A stretch of 63,510 bases of DNA, the filler included, from Candidatus Rokuibacteriota bacterium (lineage in GTDB: Bacteria; JAUVQV01; DATDCY01): assembly GCA_031406795.1 (NCBI GenBank). It is 7 parts of 7 records of this genome, joined end to end, with 100 filler letters (N's around TTAATTAATTAA, not from the genome) between each part and the next. Parts side by side here need not be neighbours in the genome. Positions count along the whole stretch, not along the records: positions 1 to 15,630 come from JANOHV010000004.1; 6 more parts are not named here. The stretch is one strand, 5' to 3'. A model generated the notes under the pieces. It was not told the origin of the DNA, ran no database searches, and saw only the letters and a program-made list of their open reading frames with translations. A program made the position numbers and the translations under genes. Shown in pieces: positions 1 to 9,388 of this stretch (its first letter is position 1; the number at the start of each line of letters is the position of its first letter).

Positions 1-57
1 CGGCGCCTGCGGCGAGGCGGCGACCTCCCCCTCGGTGTTAACGTTGGCGACCGTCGG

Positions 58-1587
58 CTACTTCGCGGCCTCGGGCCTGACCGCGACGAAGCGCGTGCCG
101 CGCGCGTTGCGCACGAGCAGCAACACGTTGCCGCCGGGCGCGGCCGCGCGGACGATCCGGACGAACGCGGCCGCGTTCTCGACCGGCTGGCGGTTCACCT
201 CCAGGATCACGTCGCCGCGCGCTATGCCGGCGCGCTTCGCCGGACTGCCGTCGACCACTACCGTCACCAGGGCGCCCGCGGTGCCCTCGAGATCGAACTG
301 CTGCGCCAGCTCCTTCGTGATGTCCTGAACCTGAACGCCGATGCGCGCCTTGCCGGTCTCCTTCGCGGCGGGCTCGTCGTCCTCGTCCGCGGCGGCTTCG
401 TCCTTGTCGTCGGAGCGCCGGCCGACCTTGACCTCGAGCGTCCGGCTCTTCCCGTCGCGCACGATGCCGACCTCGACCTTCCGGCTGACTGCCGTGTTGC
501 AGACCTGCGAAACCAGGTCCCGATCCGAACGCACGGGGCGGCCGTCGAACTCCACGATCACATCGCCCGCCTTGAGTCCCGCCGTGTCGGCCGGATCGCC
601 CTTGACGACCCCGGCGACGAGCGCGCCGCCCTCCGTGGAGAGCTTGAGCGACTCGCGCAACTCCGGGGTCAGCGCCTGGATCTGCACCCCGAGCCAGCCC
701 CGGGTGACGGTGCCCTTGTCTCGCAGTTGTTCAAAGACGCTCCTGGCCATGTTGATCGGGATCGCGAAGCCCATCCCCTGCCCGGAGGCGATGATGGCGG
801 AGTTGATCCCGACGACCTCGCCGCGCGTGTTGAAGAGCGGGCCGCCGCTGTTGCCGGGGTTGATCGAGGCGTCCGTCTGGATGAACGCGTCGTAGGGGCC
901 GGCACCGATGGTCCGGTCCTTGGCGCTGACGACCCCGACCGTCACCGTGTGGCCAAAGCCGAACGGGTTGCCGATCGCAATAACCCACTCGCCCACCAGC
1001 AGCGCATCGCTGTCGCCGAGGATTGCCACCGGCAGTCCGTTCTCCGGCTTGATCTTGATCAGCGCGATGTCGGTCTTCGGGTCGCGCCCTTTGACCTCGG
1101 CGTCGTAGCTGCGGCCGTCCAGCAGCGTGACGCGGATGTCGTCCGCCCCTTCCACGACATGGTTGTTCGTCAGGATGTAGCCTTCCTTGTCGACGACGAA
1201 CCCCGAGCCCAGACTCTGCTGCTTGAGGTCGCGGTCCGGCATCTGCCCGAAGAAGCGATTGAAGAAATCCTCCTCCCCGCCGAACGGCATCTGCCCGCGC
1301 CGCCCGCGGGGACCCGTCGGCAACTGCCGCCGCAGGGACTTCGTGGTGTTGATGTTGACCACGAATTTCTTCTCCTCCTCGGCGATCTTCGTGAAGTTGA
1401 AGCCGAGCGGCGCCGCTGCGCCCGCCGGCGCCGGCGCGGCCGTGGCGGGCGGGGCGCACTCGCGATCGGCGGCGCGGGTCGGGGCCGTCAGGTTGAGCCG
1501 GGAGGCCAGCACCATGCCGGCGGCCAGCGAGGCGGCCGCCACCGCGCCGAGCGTGAGCCGGCGCCGGAAAGCTGTGGTCAGTCTCAT
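58..1587 (-). CDS. degP: DegP/HtrA (Do family) periplasmic serine protease with two PDZ domains
   Basis: TNNHVV, DIALIK and INPGNSGGP trypsin triad motifs; two PDZ repeats; N-terminal signal; ATG 1587 preceded by AAGGAG. Confidence 0.95.
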   Translation of the reverse strand: MRLTTAFRRRLTLGAVAAASLAAGMVLASRLNLTAPTRAADRECAPPATAAPAPAGAAAPLGFNFTKIAEEEKKFVVNINTTKSLRRQLPTGPRGRRGQMPFGGEEDFFNRFFGQMPDRDLKQQSLGSGFVVDKEGYILTNNHVVEGADDIRVTLLDGRSYDAEVKGRDPKTDIALIKIKPENGLPVAILGDSDALLVGEWVIAIGNPFGFGHTVTVGVVSAKDRTIGAGPYDAFIQTDASINPGNSGGPLFNTRGEVVGINSAIIASGQGMGFAIPINMARSVFEQLRDKGTVTRGWLGVQIQALTPELRESLKLSTEGGALVAGVVKGDPADTAGLKAGDVIVEFDGRPVRSDRDLVSQVCNTAVSRKVEVGIVRDGKSRTLEVKVGRRSDDKDEAAADEDDEPAAKETGKARIGVQVQDITKELAQQFDLEGTAGALVTVVVDGSPAKRAGIARGDVILEVNRQPVENAAAFVRIVRAAAPGGNVLLLVRNARGTRFVAVRPEAAK

Positions 1588-1672
1588 GGGAGTCTCTCCT
1601 TTGCTGTTGCGGTCATTCCTGGTCGCCGCGCCGGAAACGGGGCAGGCGGTTGCGGACCGCCCCCGGCAACAG

Positions 1673-2707
1673 CTATTGACGCGCGGGCGGGGTGGAAAGT
1701 TCCGAAGACAGACGGACGGAGCCGGCAACCTTGTGCATCTCGGAGCGCGAAAGCTCGCCAAGCAGCGCCATGTGGGCCCACGGGGCGCGCCAGGAGATGC
1801 CGGTCACCAGCCCGAGGTCGTACCAGCGCCCCGCGGCGTGACCGACGGCGACCCGCGGCACGGACCCGGCGCCGGCCGACGGCTCGCGAAAACTGGTGCT
1901 CGCGAACAGCGACAACAGGCTCAGCCCATCGCCGAAGACCACCTGGATCTCGGCGTAGTCGCGCTGGCGCCGCGCCCGGATGCACTGGCGATCGAAACCG
2001 GCCGGCAAGTAGGCCGGCAGAGCAAGCGGCAACCCGGCGAGGCGCTCGGCCGCCGCAGGCTCGAGGCACGACTCGGCCTCGGCCTCGACCACCGTGACGT
2101 CCGGAGGGCCCGGTCTCATGAACGCCGCGTCGTCGAAGGCCGGCCGGTACTCCAGTTCTTCGAAAACCGAGAGCCGGGCGAGGCGGTTGTTCGTGCCGTA
2201 GACCTCGGTCCTGAGAATGAGGGCCGTTTCGGCGTCCACCCAGACGACGCGCCGCGGACGGCTGCCGACCAGGCGCGGAATGAACTCGAGGGCCCGGCTG
2301 CGCCGCCCCGCGATCGCCCCGGACGGGACGATCTGGACCGTGTAGTTCCTGGTCGCCCGCTGCAGCTGTTCCGGGCGCATGATCTCCCCGCCCTCGACGC
2401 GGGCCGGGCGCTTGAGCACGATGTCCCGCTCGGGGAAGTACTGCCAGGAGAATTCGCCGTCGAAGACCTGGACCCCGCGGGTCGCATGCGACTCGCGACG
2501 CTCACGTCCGCCGGGCTGGCAGAGCACGTTCAGGCTGGTCACCCGCGGCCCGCGGCTCGTGAAGTCGATCACGACCTTGCGGCCGCGGTAGTCGGCCGGC
2601 GCCGGCGGGGGCAAGAACTGCTCCACCGGCAGCGCCCACGAACGCGCCGCCGGCAGCGCGACGAACGCGATCACGAGCAGGCTGACCAGACGCCGGCAGC
2701 AGGACAT
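1673..2707 (-). CDS. rseB: MucB/RseB-like periplasmic negative regulator of sigmaE
   Basis: Signal peptide; LolA-like segment (IAGRR...VWVDAETALILRTEVY); C-terminal LPAYLPAGF...FGDGLSLLSLF; lies between the anti-sigma gene and degP. Confidence 0.75.
   Translation of the reverse strand: MSCCRRLVSLLVIAFVALPAARSWALPVEQFLPPPAPADYRGRKVVIDFTSRGPRVTSLNVLCQPGGRERRESHATRGVQVFDGEFSWQYFPERDIVLKRPARVEGGEIMRPEQLQRATRNYTVQIVPSGAIAGRRSRALEFIPRLVGSRPRRVVWVDAETALILRTEVYGTNNRLARLSVFEELEYRPAFDDAAFMRPGPPDVTVVEAEAESCLEPAAAERLAGLPLALPAYLPAGFDRQCIRARRQRDYAEIQVVFGDGLSLLSLFASTSFREPSAGAGSVPRVAVGHAAGRWYDLGLVTGISWRAPWAHMALLGELSRSEMHKVAGSVRLSSELSTPPARQ
1675..1703 (-). promoter_or_regulatory. sigmaE/AlgU-type promoter upstream of degP
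   Basis: GGAACTT-N17-TCAAT on the minus strand, inside the 3' end of rseB. Confidence 0.7.
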
Positions 2708-2715
2708 GGGAGCCG

Positions 2716-3279
2716 CTAACGCTCCGGGACGGCGTCGGCGCGGAATCTGGCGAACTCAATCTCCTCGGCGGGGCCGAGCAGCGTGCTGTCGCGGGCGAGC
2801 ATCGCGTGCTCGCGCATCCAGGTGTCCATGCTCCCGTTGTCCGCCGCGGCCACGTCGACCCCCGCGGCGATCGAGGGTGAGGCCAGCTTCTGTTCGGGCG
2901 AGTCGACCGGCAGCAGCCGCTGCCAGGACCAGGCGAAAAAGATCGCTGCCGCCGCCGCGGCCGCGATCATGCCGATCCAGGGGCGGCGGGTGACGCGCCG
3001 CACGGGCGCCTCGGGGAAAGCGACGAGCCGCACGGGCGCCTCACGGTCGAGCCGGGCCGTGACCATGGCGGCAAAGCCCGCGGGCGGCCGGCGCGGGGGG
3101 CGGAAGGCCTCGGCCGCCTGCAGCAGTCCCTTGAGGCGGCGCAACTCCTCCTCGAAAAGCCGACATGCCGCGCACTCCCGCAGGTGCCGCTCGAGATACA
3201 ACAACTCGCCGCCATCGAGACTCTCGTCGACGAAGGCCGACAGCAGTTCGCGGAACTCCTCGCACCGGGCATCGCTCAC
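2716..3279 (-). CDS. Zinc-finger (zf-HC2) membrane anti-sigma factor, RseA/MucA-like
   Basis: LSAFVD...HLRECAAC (HxxxCxxC); one TM helix; C-terminal WMREHA; overlaps the rpoE stop. Confidence 0.85.
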   Translation of the reverse strand: MSDARCEEFRELLSAFVDESLDGGELLYLERHLRECAACRLFEEELRRLKGLLQAAEAFRPPRRPPAGFAAMVTARLDREAPVRLVAFPEAPVRRVTRRPWIGMIAAAAAAAIFFAWSWQRLLPVDSPEQKLASPSIAAGVDVAAADNGSMDTWMREHAMLARDSTLLGPAEEIEFARFRADAVPER

Positions 3280-3896
3280 GTCGGCCTCCCCGGAGCGGCC
3301 GCCGCTGACCCGTGGAACGGCGCGAGCAACCCCTGCAGGGCGCGGCGACCCCGGAAAATCCGCGAGCGAACCGTTCCGATCGGCACACCGATCACGCTGG
3401 CCATCTCCTCGTAACTCATCCCTTCCAGATCGCAGAACACGACCGCCTCCCGCTGCTCGGCGGGCAGTTCGTCCAGCCCCCGCCGCAACTGATCCCAGAA
3501 CTCCCTCCGGGAAACCTCATCCTCCGGCGTCCCCCCTGCAGCTTCAAGCCCGATTGCGCCATCCGCCTCCTCGAGTTCCTCGTGCGCCGGCCTCCTCCCC
3601 CGCGTCCGATAGTGGTTGCGGCAGAGGTTGAGCGCGATCTTATAGAGCCAGGTGTACAGGGACGACTCGCCCTTGAAGTCGCCGAGTGAGCGGTAAGCCC
3701 TGATGAACACCTCCTGCGCGAGGTCGTCAACCACGTCCGAACCGCTGACCATCCGCTGGATGAGCCGGTAGACGCGACTCTGATACTTGAGCACCAGCGC
3801 CTCGAAGGCCCGATGGTCGCCGCCTCGCGCGGCGGCCACCAGCTGACGCTCCCCGTCACCGACTCCCGGGTCCAGCTCGCCGTTCGTCACAGACAT
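3276..3896 (-). CDS. rpoE: ECF sigma factor, RpoE/AlgU type (true start may be GTG 3890)
   Basis: DLAQEVFIRAY, FKGESSLYTWLYKIA, region 4 SYEEMA...PIGTVRSRIFRGR. Confidence 0.93.
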   Translation of the reverse strand: MSVTNGELDPGVGDGERQLVAAARGGDHRAFEALVLKYQSRVYRLIQRMVSGSDVVDDLAQEVFIRAYRSLGDFKGESSLYTWLYKIALNLCRNHYRTRGRRPAHEELEEADGAIGLEAAGGTPEDEVSRREFWDQLRRGLDELPAEQREAVVFCDLEGMSYEEMASVIGVPIGTVRSRIFRGRRALQGLLAPFHGSAAAAPGRPT

Positions 3897-3923
3897 TAGA
3901 CCGGGCCCCTCGCGAAAAGTTCC
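3896..3923 (-). promoter_or_regulatory. Autoregulatory sigmaE/AlgU-type promoter of rpoE
   Basis: GGAACTT-N16-TCTAA; the -10 box overlaps the ATG at 3896. Confidence 0.75.
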
Positions 3924-3996
3924 GCCAGGCGGTCACTGAGGAATGAGGCGAATGAACCAGGCGCCGCCGCAGCTGGGCCATCTTCAACGGCCCGCG

Positions 3997-4371
3997 TCAG
4001 AGGCCGAGGATTTCGCGGACGACCTTGAGCAGCACGTTAGTCTGGATCGGCTTGGCGATATAAGCCCGCGCACCGAGGGCGATGCCCTTGTCCCGGTCCT
4101 CCGCGGCACCCTCGGTCGTGATGATCACCACCGGAATCTCGCGATACAGCGGGTTGCTCTTCAGCAGGCTCACCAGCTTGAGCCCGTCCATGATCGGCAT
4201 GTTGATGTCGGTCAGCACGAGATCGATCTTCTGTCCCGGCAGCTTCTTGAGCGCGTCAACCCCGTCGGAAGCCTCGATGATCTCGAGTTCGGGAACCCGC
4301 TTGAGCGCAAAGACCACCAGTTGACGCATCGTCGGTGAGTCTTCAACGACCAGGCACCGAAATTTCGCCAT
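3997..4371 (-). CDS. cheY: Single-domain response regulator, CheY-like
   Basis: VVEDS, LTDINMP, ITTE and IAKP receiver motifs. Confidence 0.9.
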   Translation of the reverse strand: MAKFRCLVVEDSPTMRQLVVFALKRVPELEIIEASDGVDALKKLPGQKIDLVLTDINMPIMDGLKLVSLLKSNPLYREIPVVIITTEGAAEDRDKGIALGARAYIAKPIQTNVLLKVVREILGL

Positions 4372-4410
4372 CGTCACCCAACCTCCGATCAGTCCGGTCG
4401 ACCGTGGATC

Positions 4411-5232
4411 CTAGTGCTTGAGTAGTTCCAGGAAACCCTGGATCGTCCCCAGCTTGCGCTCGGATTCCGAATACAGCTTCGAAGCGAAAATCGCCGTGGC
4501 GGCGTGGCCCGCCAGAAGATTGAACAGCTCGTGGTCGAGCGAAGAGAAGTTCAATTTCTGTTCCAGCATGGCGTAGATCACGATCGCCCCGATGAACTGG
4601 TCCTTGATGCGCATCGGGATCACCACCTGGGGCTCGGTCATCGAGAGCTGTTCGAGCGCCTGCCCTTCGGCGACCCACGGCTGTCCCGCCTGCGCCACCC
4701 GCCCGATCGTCCCCTCCCCGAGCTTGATGTGCGGGATCCGCTCGCGCTCGATCCCTTCGCTGGAGACCGCGTAGAGATCCCCCTTGCGCTCGTCGAGGAG
4801 CATCAGCGCGAACTTCTCGGCGCCGATCAGGTTGATGACGATTTCCATCACGATCTGCACGACCTCCTTGAAATCGAGGGTCGAGTGCAGCTGAAAACTC
4901 GCGACGTAGAGGTTGGCGAGGTTGTTGTTCTCCTCCTCGATCTCGAGGTAGCGGTTGGCGAAGTCGAGGTTCTCCTGTTCGACCTGCTGGTAGCGCTGGG
5001 CGAGCGCCTCGCGCTCGGCCTCGAGCTGCGCGACGCGCCCCTTGAGATTCAGGACCTCCTCGACGGGCACCTTCGGCGCCACGGACTGCTCCTGTTCGAG
5101 CGCCGCGACCCGGTAGCGCAGCCGTTCGTTCTCCTTCATCAGCTCCTGGGTGAAGCCCTCCACCTTGCGGTAGAGCTGGAGAAACTCCTGCCCGCGCATG
5201 AGCAGATTCTTCTTTTCGTCTTGATTGGTCAT
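4411..5232 (-). CDS. Coiled-coil plus GAF domain protein of the chemosensory cluster
   Basis: N-terminal heptad pattern; GAF (HSTLDFKEVV...GEGTIGRVA...IPMRIKDQFIGAI...HAATAI). Confidence 0.85.
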   Translation of the reverse strand: MTNQDEKKNLLMRGQEFLQLYRKVEGFTQELMKENERLRYRVAALEQEQSVAPKVPVEEVLNLKGRVAQLEAEREALAQRYQQVEQENLDFANRYLEIEEENNNLANLYVASFQLHSTLDFKEVVQIVMEIVINLIGAEKFALMLLDERKGDLYAVSSEGIERERIPHIKLGEGTIGRVAQAGQPWVAEGQALEQLSMTEPQVVIPMRIKDQFIGAIVIYAMLEQKLNFSSLDHELFNLLAGHAATAIFASKLYSESERKLGTIQGFLELLKH

Positions 5233-5317
5233 TGTTTTCCCTCCGCTCCACTTTACACAGGTTCGCGCCCGCAGGCAACCTCCTCCGCGGCCAGGCCACG
5301 GCGGCGGAGCGGGCCGG

Positions 5318-6397
5318 TCAGGGGAAACTGACCTCGTGCTCGATGAATGAACCGATCTCGGCCAGCGGCATGACCCGCTGCACCGCCCCGGTCCGGATCG
5401 CCTCCCGGGGCATCCCGAACACCACGCAGGACTCCTCGGCCTCGGCGATGGTCAACCCCCCCGCCTCCCGGACGGCGCGGGTGCCGAGAGCGCCATCGTC
5501 GCCCATACCCGTGAGCACCACGGAGACCAGGCGCTTGCCGTAGGCCGCAGCCGCCGAGATCAGCAGCTTGTCCGCCGAGGGGACATAGCGGTCGGTCGGC
5601 GAGGGCGCCTCGAGCCGGGCGAAGACCCGGCCGCCCATTCCCTGCTGCACCGTGAGGTTCTTCCCCCCCGGGGCCAGCAGGACCAGTCCGGGGATCAGTT
5701 CCTCGTCGCCCGCTGCCTCCTGCACGCGCAGGCCGACGGTGCGGTCGAGGCGCTCGGCGAACATCTTCGTGAAACCCTCCGGCATGTGCTGGGCGATGAC
5801 CACCGTCGCGGGCAGCTCTGCGGCGAGCGCGGTGAGCACCTGCTGCAGCGCCGGCGGACCGCCCGTGGAGGCCGCGATCGCCACGCAGCGGTAGCGGCCC
5901 GCCGCGGCGGGCGCGACGACCTTCTTGCGTCCCGGGGGTCCCGCGGTCGCCGGCGGCGCCGCCAGGTTCGCCAGGCGCTGGGCGCGCAGCGCGAGCTTGT
6001 CGGGCCGGGCGGCGGCGATCTCCCGCAGTTTAGCGACGACCTCGCCCTCGATCTGGCCGAGCTGCAGCGAGGCGTGACTCACCGGCTTGAGGACGAAGTC
6101 GGCGGCACCCAGCTCCAGGGCGCGGAAGACGCTCTTGTTGCTCTCGCGCGATGAGACGACCAGGGTTGGTCGCGGGTAGGTCCTCATGAGCCAGCGCAGG
6201 AACGTGAAACCGTCCATGCGCGGCATCTCCAGATCGAGCGTCAGCAGGTCGGGCTGCAGCGTGACGACCTTCTTGATCGCCTCCTCGCCGTCGGCCGCGG
6301 TGCCGACCACCTCGAATTCCGGCGCGGTGCCGATGATGCGCGTGAGCGTGCGCCGGTGGAATGCCGAGTCGTCGATGACCAGGACCTTCAGCGCCAC
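5318..6397 (-). CDS. cheB: Chemotaxis methylesterase CheB (REC plus esterase)
   Basis: ASTGGP, QHMP, LTGMGDDG and VVFGMP motifs; N-terminal receiver. Confidence 0.95.
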   Translation of the reverse strand: MALKVLVIDDSAFHRRTLTRIIGTAPEFEVVGTAADGEEAIKKVVTLQPDLLTLDLEMPRMDGFTFLRWLMRTYPRPTLVVSSRESNKSVFRALELGAADFVLKPVSHASLQLGQIEGEVVAKLREIAAARPDKLALRAQRLANLAAPPATAGPPGRKKVVAPAAAGRYRCVAIAASTGGPPALQQVLTALAAELPATVVIAQHMPEGFTKMFAERLDRTVGLRVQEAAGDEELIPGLVLLAPGGKNLTVQQGMGGRVFARLEAPSPTDRYVPSADKLLISAAAAYGKRLVSVVLTGMGDDGALGTRAVREAGGLTIAEAEESCVVFGMPREAIRTGAVQRVMPLAEIGSFIEHEVSFP

Positions 6398-6416
6398 GGT
6401 CGCCCTTCCCCCCCGC

Positions 6417-7289
6417 TCACCGCGGCCGCCGCGCGGCGTTCTCGGGTTTCTGGTAGACCATGTCGTGCTGAAAGTGGCGCAGCGTGAACGCCGTGGAGAT
6501 GTTCATCAGGCTCTCCGAGTGCCCGAGCAGCAGGAACCCGCCGTCGTCGAGTTTGCGGTGGAAGTTCTCGACCATCGTCTTCTTGCCTTCGTTGTTGAAG
6601 TAGATCATCACGTTGCGGCAGAGCACGACGTCGAACTGGCCGAGAATCGTCCACTGCTCCGGGGCGAGCAGGTTGAGCTGCCCGAAGGAGACGCGCCGGC
6701 GCACGCTCTCGACGACGCGGCTGGTGGTCGCGTCGACCGGTTCGAAGTAGCGCTCCTTGTAGGCCGGCTCCGTGCTGCGGAAGGAGGCGGCCGCGTAAAT
6801 CCCGCGACGGGCGGCCTGCAGAACGCGCTGGCAGATGTCGCTCGCGAAAATCTCGATGTCCCAGCCCGCGAGGGCCGGGTGCTCGAGCAGCAGGATCGCC
6901 ACGGTGTAGGGCTCCTCCCCCGTGGAACAGCCGGCGCTCCAGATGCGCAACCGCCGCTGTGCGGCGCGCCGCTGGACGATCTCGGGGACGACCTCCTCGG
7001 TGAGCGTGCGCAGCTGATTCATCTCGCGGAAGAAGTAGGTCTCGTTCGTCGTCAGGACATCGACGACGCTGACCAGCTCCTCCTCGCGCTCCGGGCCGTA
7101 GAGCAGCAGGTAGTAGTAGTCCAGAAACGAGCCGAGCTGCCGCTCGCGCAGGCGGTGCTGCAGGCGGCGCTCGAGGAAGTACGCCGAGTCGTCGTCGAAC
7201 CACAGTCCGCAGAAGCCGTTGATGAAATCCCGCAGGAGCCGGAATTCCTCCGGCCCGAGCATCACCGACTGTTCGCTGCTGCTAGTCAC
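6417..7289 (-). CDS. cheR: Chemotaxis methyltransferase CheR
   Basis: TTNETYFFRE, IWSAGCSTGEEPYT, CRNVMIYF, LGHSE; GTG start after GGAGG. Confidence 0.95.
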   Translation of the reverse strand: MTSSSEQSVMLGPEEFRLLRDFINGFCGLWFDDDSAYFLERRLQHRLRERQLGSFLDYYYLLLYGPEREEELVSVVDVLTTNETYFFREMNQLRTLTEEVVPEIVQRRAAQRRLRIWSAGCSTGEEPYTVAILLLEHPALAGWDIEIFASDICQRVLQAARRGIYAAASFRSTEPAYKERYFEPVDATTSRVVESVRRRVSFGQLNLLAPEQWTILGQFDVVLCRNVMIYFNNEGKKTMVENFHRKLDDGGFLLLGHSESLMNISTAFTLRHFQHDMVYQKPENAARRPR

Positions 7290-7327
7290 GGCGCGCCTCC
7301 CGGCGAAGTCTGTTCCCGTCGCCCGGC

Positions 7328-9388
7328 TTATGCGCGGGGCACTTCGTCCCGGCCAGGCGCCCGAGCCGCCGGGGCGACGATCCGTCCGGCGAGGGAGCGC
7401 ACCAGCGGGTCGGCGTCCTCGGCCGCGGCTCGCACGAGGGCCGAACCCACCCGCGGGTCCGCGGCGAACGGGCCGAGCGCCCGCACGGCGACGGCGCGCA
7501 GCCCCCAGGCGGGGTCGGCCAGACGCGCGAGGAGTACCTCCAGGGCGCCGGGGTCGCCGAGCGCCCCGAGCGCTTCGATGGCCGCCATGCCGGTCTCCCG
7601 ATCGGCGGCGCCCGCCAGGTCGGTGAGGACCGCGAGGCTCCCCGGAACCTTTCCGGCGCCGAGCGCGCGGATTGCGGCGAGGCGGCGCGGGCCGGGCGGG
7701 TCGCCGGCCGCGGCCGCGAGGAGCACCCGCCAGGCATCCTGGTGAGCGATGCCGCCGAGGGCCTGAATGGAGCGCACGCGCACCCACAGGTCCTCGTCAC
7801 CGAGCATCGGCAGCAGCAGGGGCAGCGCGGACGCTTCCCGGGTCGCGCCCAACTGGTGCACCGCCTCGCGGCGTACGGCGACGTCCTCGTCGGTGAGGGC
7901 GACCCGCAGGGCGGCCACCGCTTCCACCCCGCCGACGGCGCCCATCGCCTCGACGGCGGCGCGGCGGACCTCGCCGCGGGCGTCGCGAAGCGCCAGCTCG
8001 AGGCGCGTGATCAGCCCCGGACCGCCGAGGCGGCCGACGATGCGGACCGCCGCGGCGGCGAACTTCTCGTCGGCGGCGGAAAAATGCGGCTCCAGCAGCG
8101 CGAGCACGAGAACCAGCCGCGACTGGCTGGTCCGGCCGATTGCGACCACGGCCTCCATCCCGGCTTCCCGCACGTCCGGAAAGGGGTCGCGCAGCAGGCT
8201 CACGAGCGGGGACGCGGCCGCGGGGTCGCCGATCCCCCCGAGCGCCGTCGCGGCGGCGGCCCGCACGTGGCCGACACCGTCCTCGAGCAGGGTCAGCAGC
8301 AGCGGCACCGCCTCGTGGCACCCCCGGCGGCCGAGCACCCCGGCCAATCGCAGCCGCACGGCGGGCGATGAGTCGAGGAGGCGGCCGATCAGCAGGGGCA
8401 GATCGGTTTCCGGGAGTCCGTCGAGCACCCTCGCGAGCGCCTCCTGATCCTGCTCCGCGGCCTGCGGCAGGGCGTCCAGGAGGATCGACACCATCCGGGC
8501 CCCCGGCGCGAAGCCCAGCAGCGTCGCGGCCGACGCCCGCGCCTGCGGGTCTTCCTGGCCGAGCAGCCCGTGGAGGAAGTCGAAAAAGTCGGTGTCGGCG
8601 CGGGCGCGCACGCCCGCGGCGAGGGCCGCGGCGCCCGGACCCCGCCCGAGACGCGGCAGGATGCGGTGCACGGCCATCGCCGCCACGCGGCGCAGCCCGC
8701 GGTCGCCGGAGAAGAGCGCCTCGAGCAGATGCGGCACGGCCAGCTCGTCCCCGACTCTGCCGAGCGCCTCCAACGCGGCCTTGCGCAGTCCGGGCTCGCC
8801 GAGCAGCAAGGTGACGGCGGGAGCGGCTGCCGCATCGCCGATCTCGCCGAGAGCCCGCAGGCAGCCGAAAGTCAGCCAGCCGCCGCTTTCGCCCAGGCGG
8901 CGCAGCAGAACCGGAACTGCGGCTTCGTCGCGCCGGCGACCCAGGTATTCGGCGGCCGCCGCGGAAACATTCTCCTCGGGATCCTCGAGCGCCGCGCGCA
9001 GCAGCGCCGACACCGACGGGGCGTCGATGTTGCCGAGGGCATCCACGACGAACTTGCGCAGGTCGGGATCCGTATCCGTGATCAGGGGTGCGAGCCCGGA
9101 CACCGCGGCCGGGCCGAGCCGCACCAAGGCCTCCATCGAACTGTTGCGCCGGCCGGCATTCCCCTCGTCCCGCAGCCCGGCGATCAGCGGCGGCAGACTC
9201 CCGGCCGCAGGCGCCAGCAGTACGAGGTCGAGCGCGGCCTTGCGCACCCGCCAGCTGGCATCCCCGAGCGCCTCGATCAGGCTCGGGAGCGCCTCGGCCC
9301 CGGCGTCGCGCAGACTCCGGATCGCCTCGTGGCGGACCTCCTCGTCCGGGGAGGCGAGTTGCTCGCGCAGCTGCTCGGGGGTGATCAT
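7328..9388 (-). CDS. HEAT/PBS-lyase repeat protein
   Basis: Many L.D....VR..A..ALG.IG repeats over 686 aa. Confidence 0.9.
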   Translation of the reverse strand: MITPEQLREQLASPDEEVRHEAIRSLRDAGAEALPSLIEALGDASWRVRKAALDLVLLAPAAGSLPPLIAGLRDEGNAGRRNSSMEALVRLGPAAVSGLAPLITDTDPDLRKFVVDALGNIDAPSVSALLRAALEDPEENVSAAAAEYLGRRRDEAAVPVLLRRLGESGGWLTFGCLRALGEIGDAAAAPAVTLLLGEPGLRKAALEALGRVGDELAVPHLLEALFSGDRGLRRVAAMAVHRILPRLGRGPGAAALAAGVRARADTDFFDFLHGLLGQEDPQARASAATLLGFAPGARMVSILLDALPQAAEQDQEALARVLDGLPETDLPLLIGRLLDSSPAVRLRLAGVLGRRGCHEAVPLLLTLLEDGVGHVRAAAATALGGIGDPAAASPLVSLLRDPFPDVREAGMEAVVAIGRTSQSRLVLVLALLEPHFSAADEKFAAAAVRIVGRLGGPGLITRLELALRDARGEVRRAAVEAMGAVGGVEAVAALRVALTDEDVAVRREAVHQLGATREASALPLLLPMLGDEDLWVRVRSIQALGGIAHQDAWRVLLAAAAGDPPGPRRLAAIRALGAGKVPGSLAVLTDLAGAADRETGMAAIEALGALGDPGALEVLLARLADPAWGLRAVAVRALGPFAADPRVGSALVRAAAEDADPLVRSLAGRIVAPAARAPGRDEVPRA

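Noticed and set aside
1540-1587. Tat export of DegP via FRRRL
   Set aside because: Poor match to S/T-R-R-x-F-L-K; Arg-rich n-regions are common at high GC.
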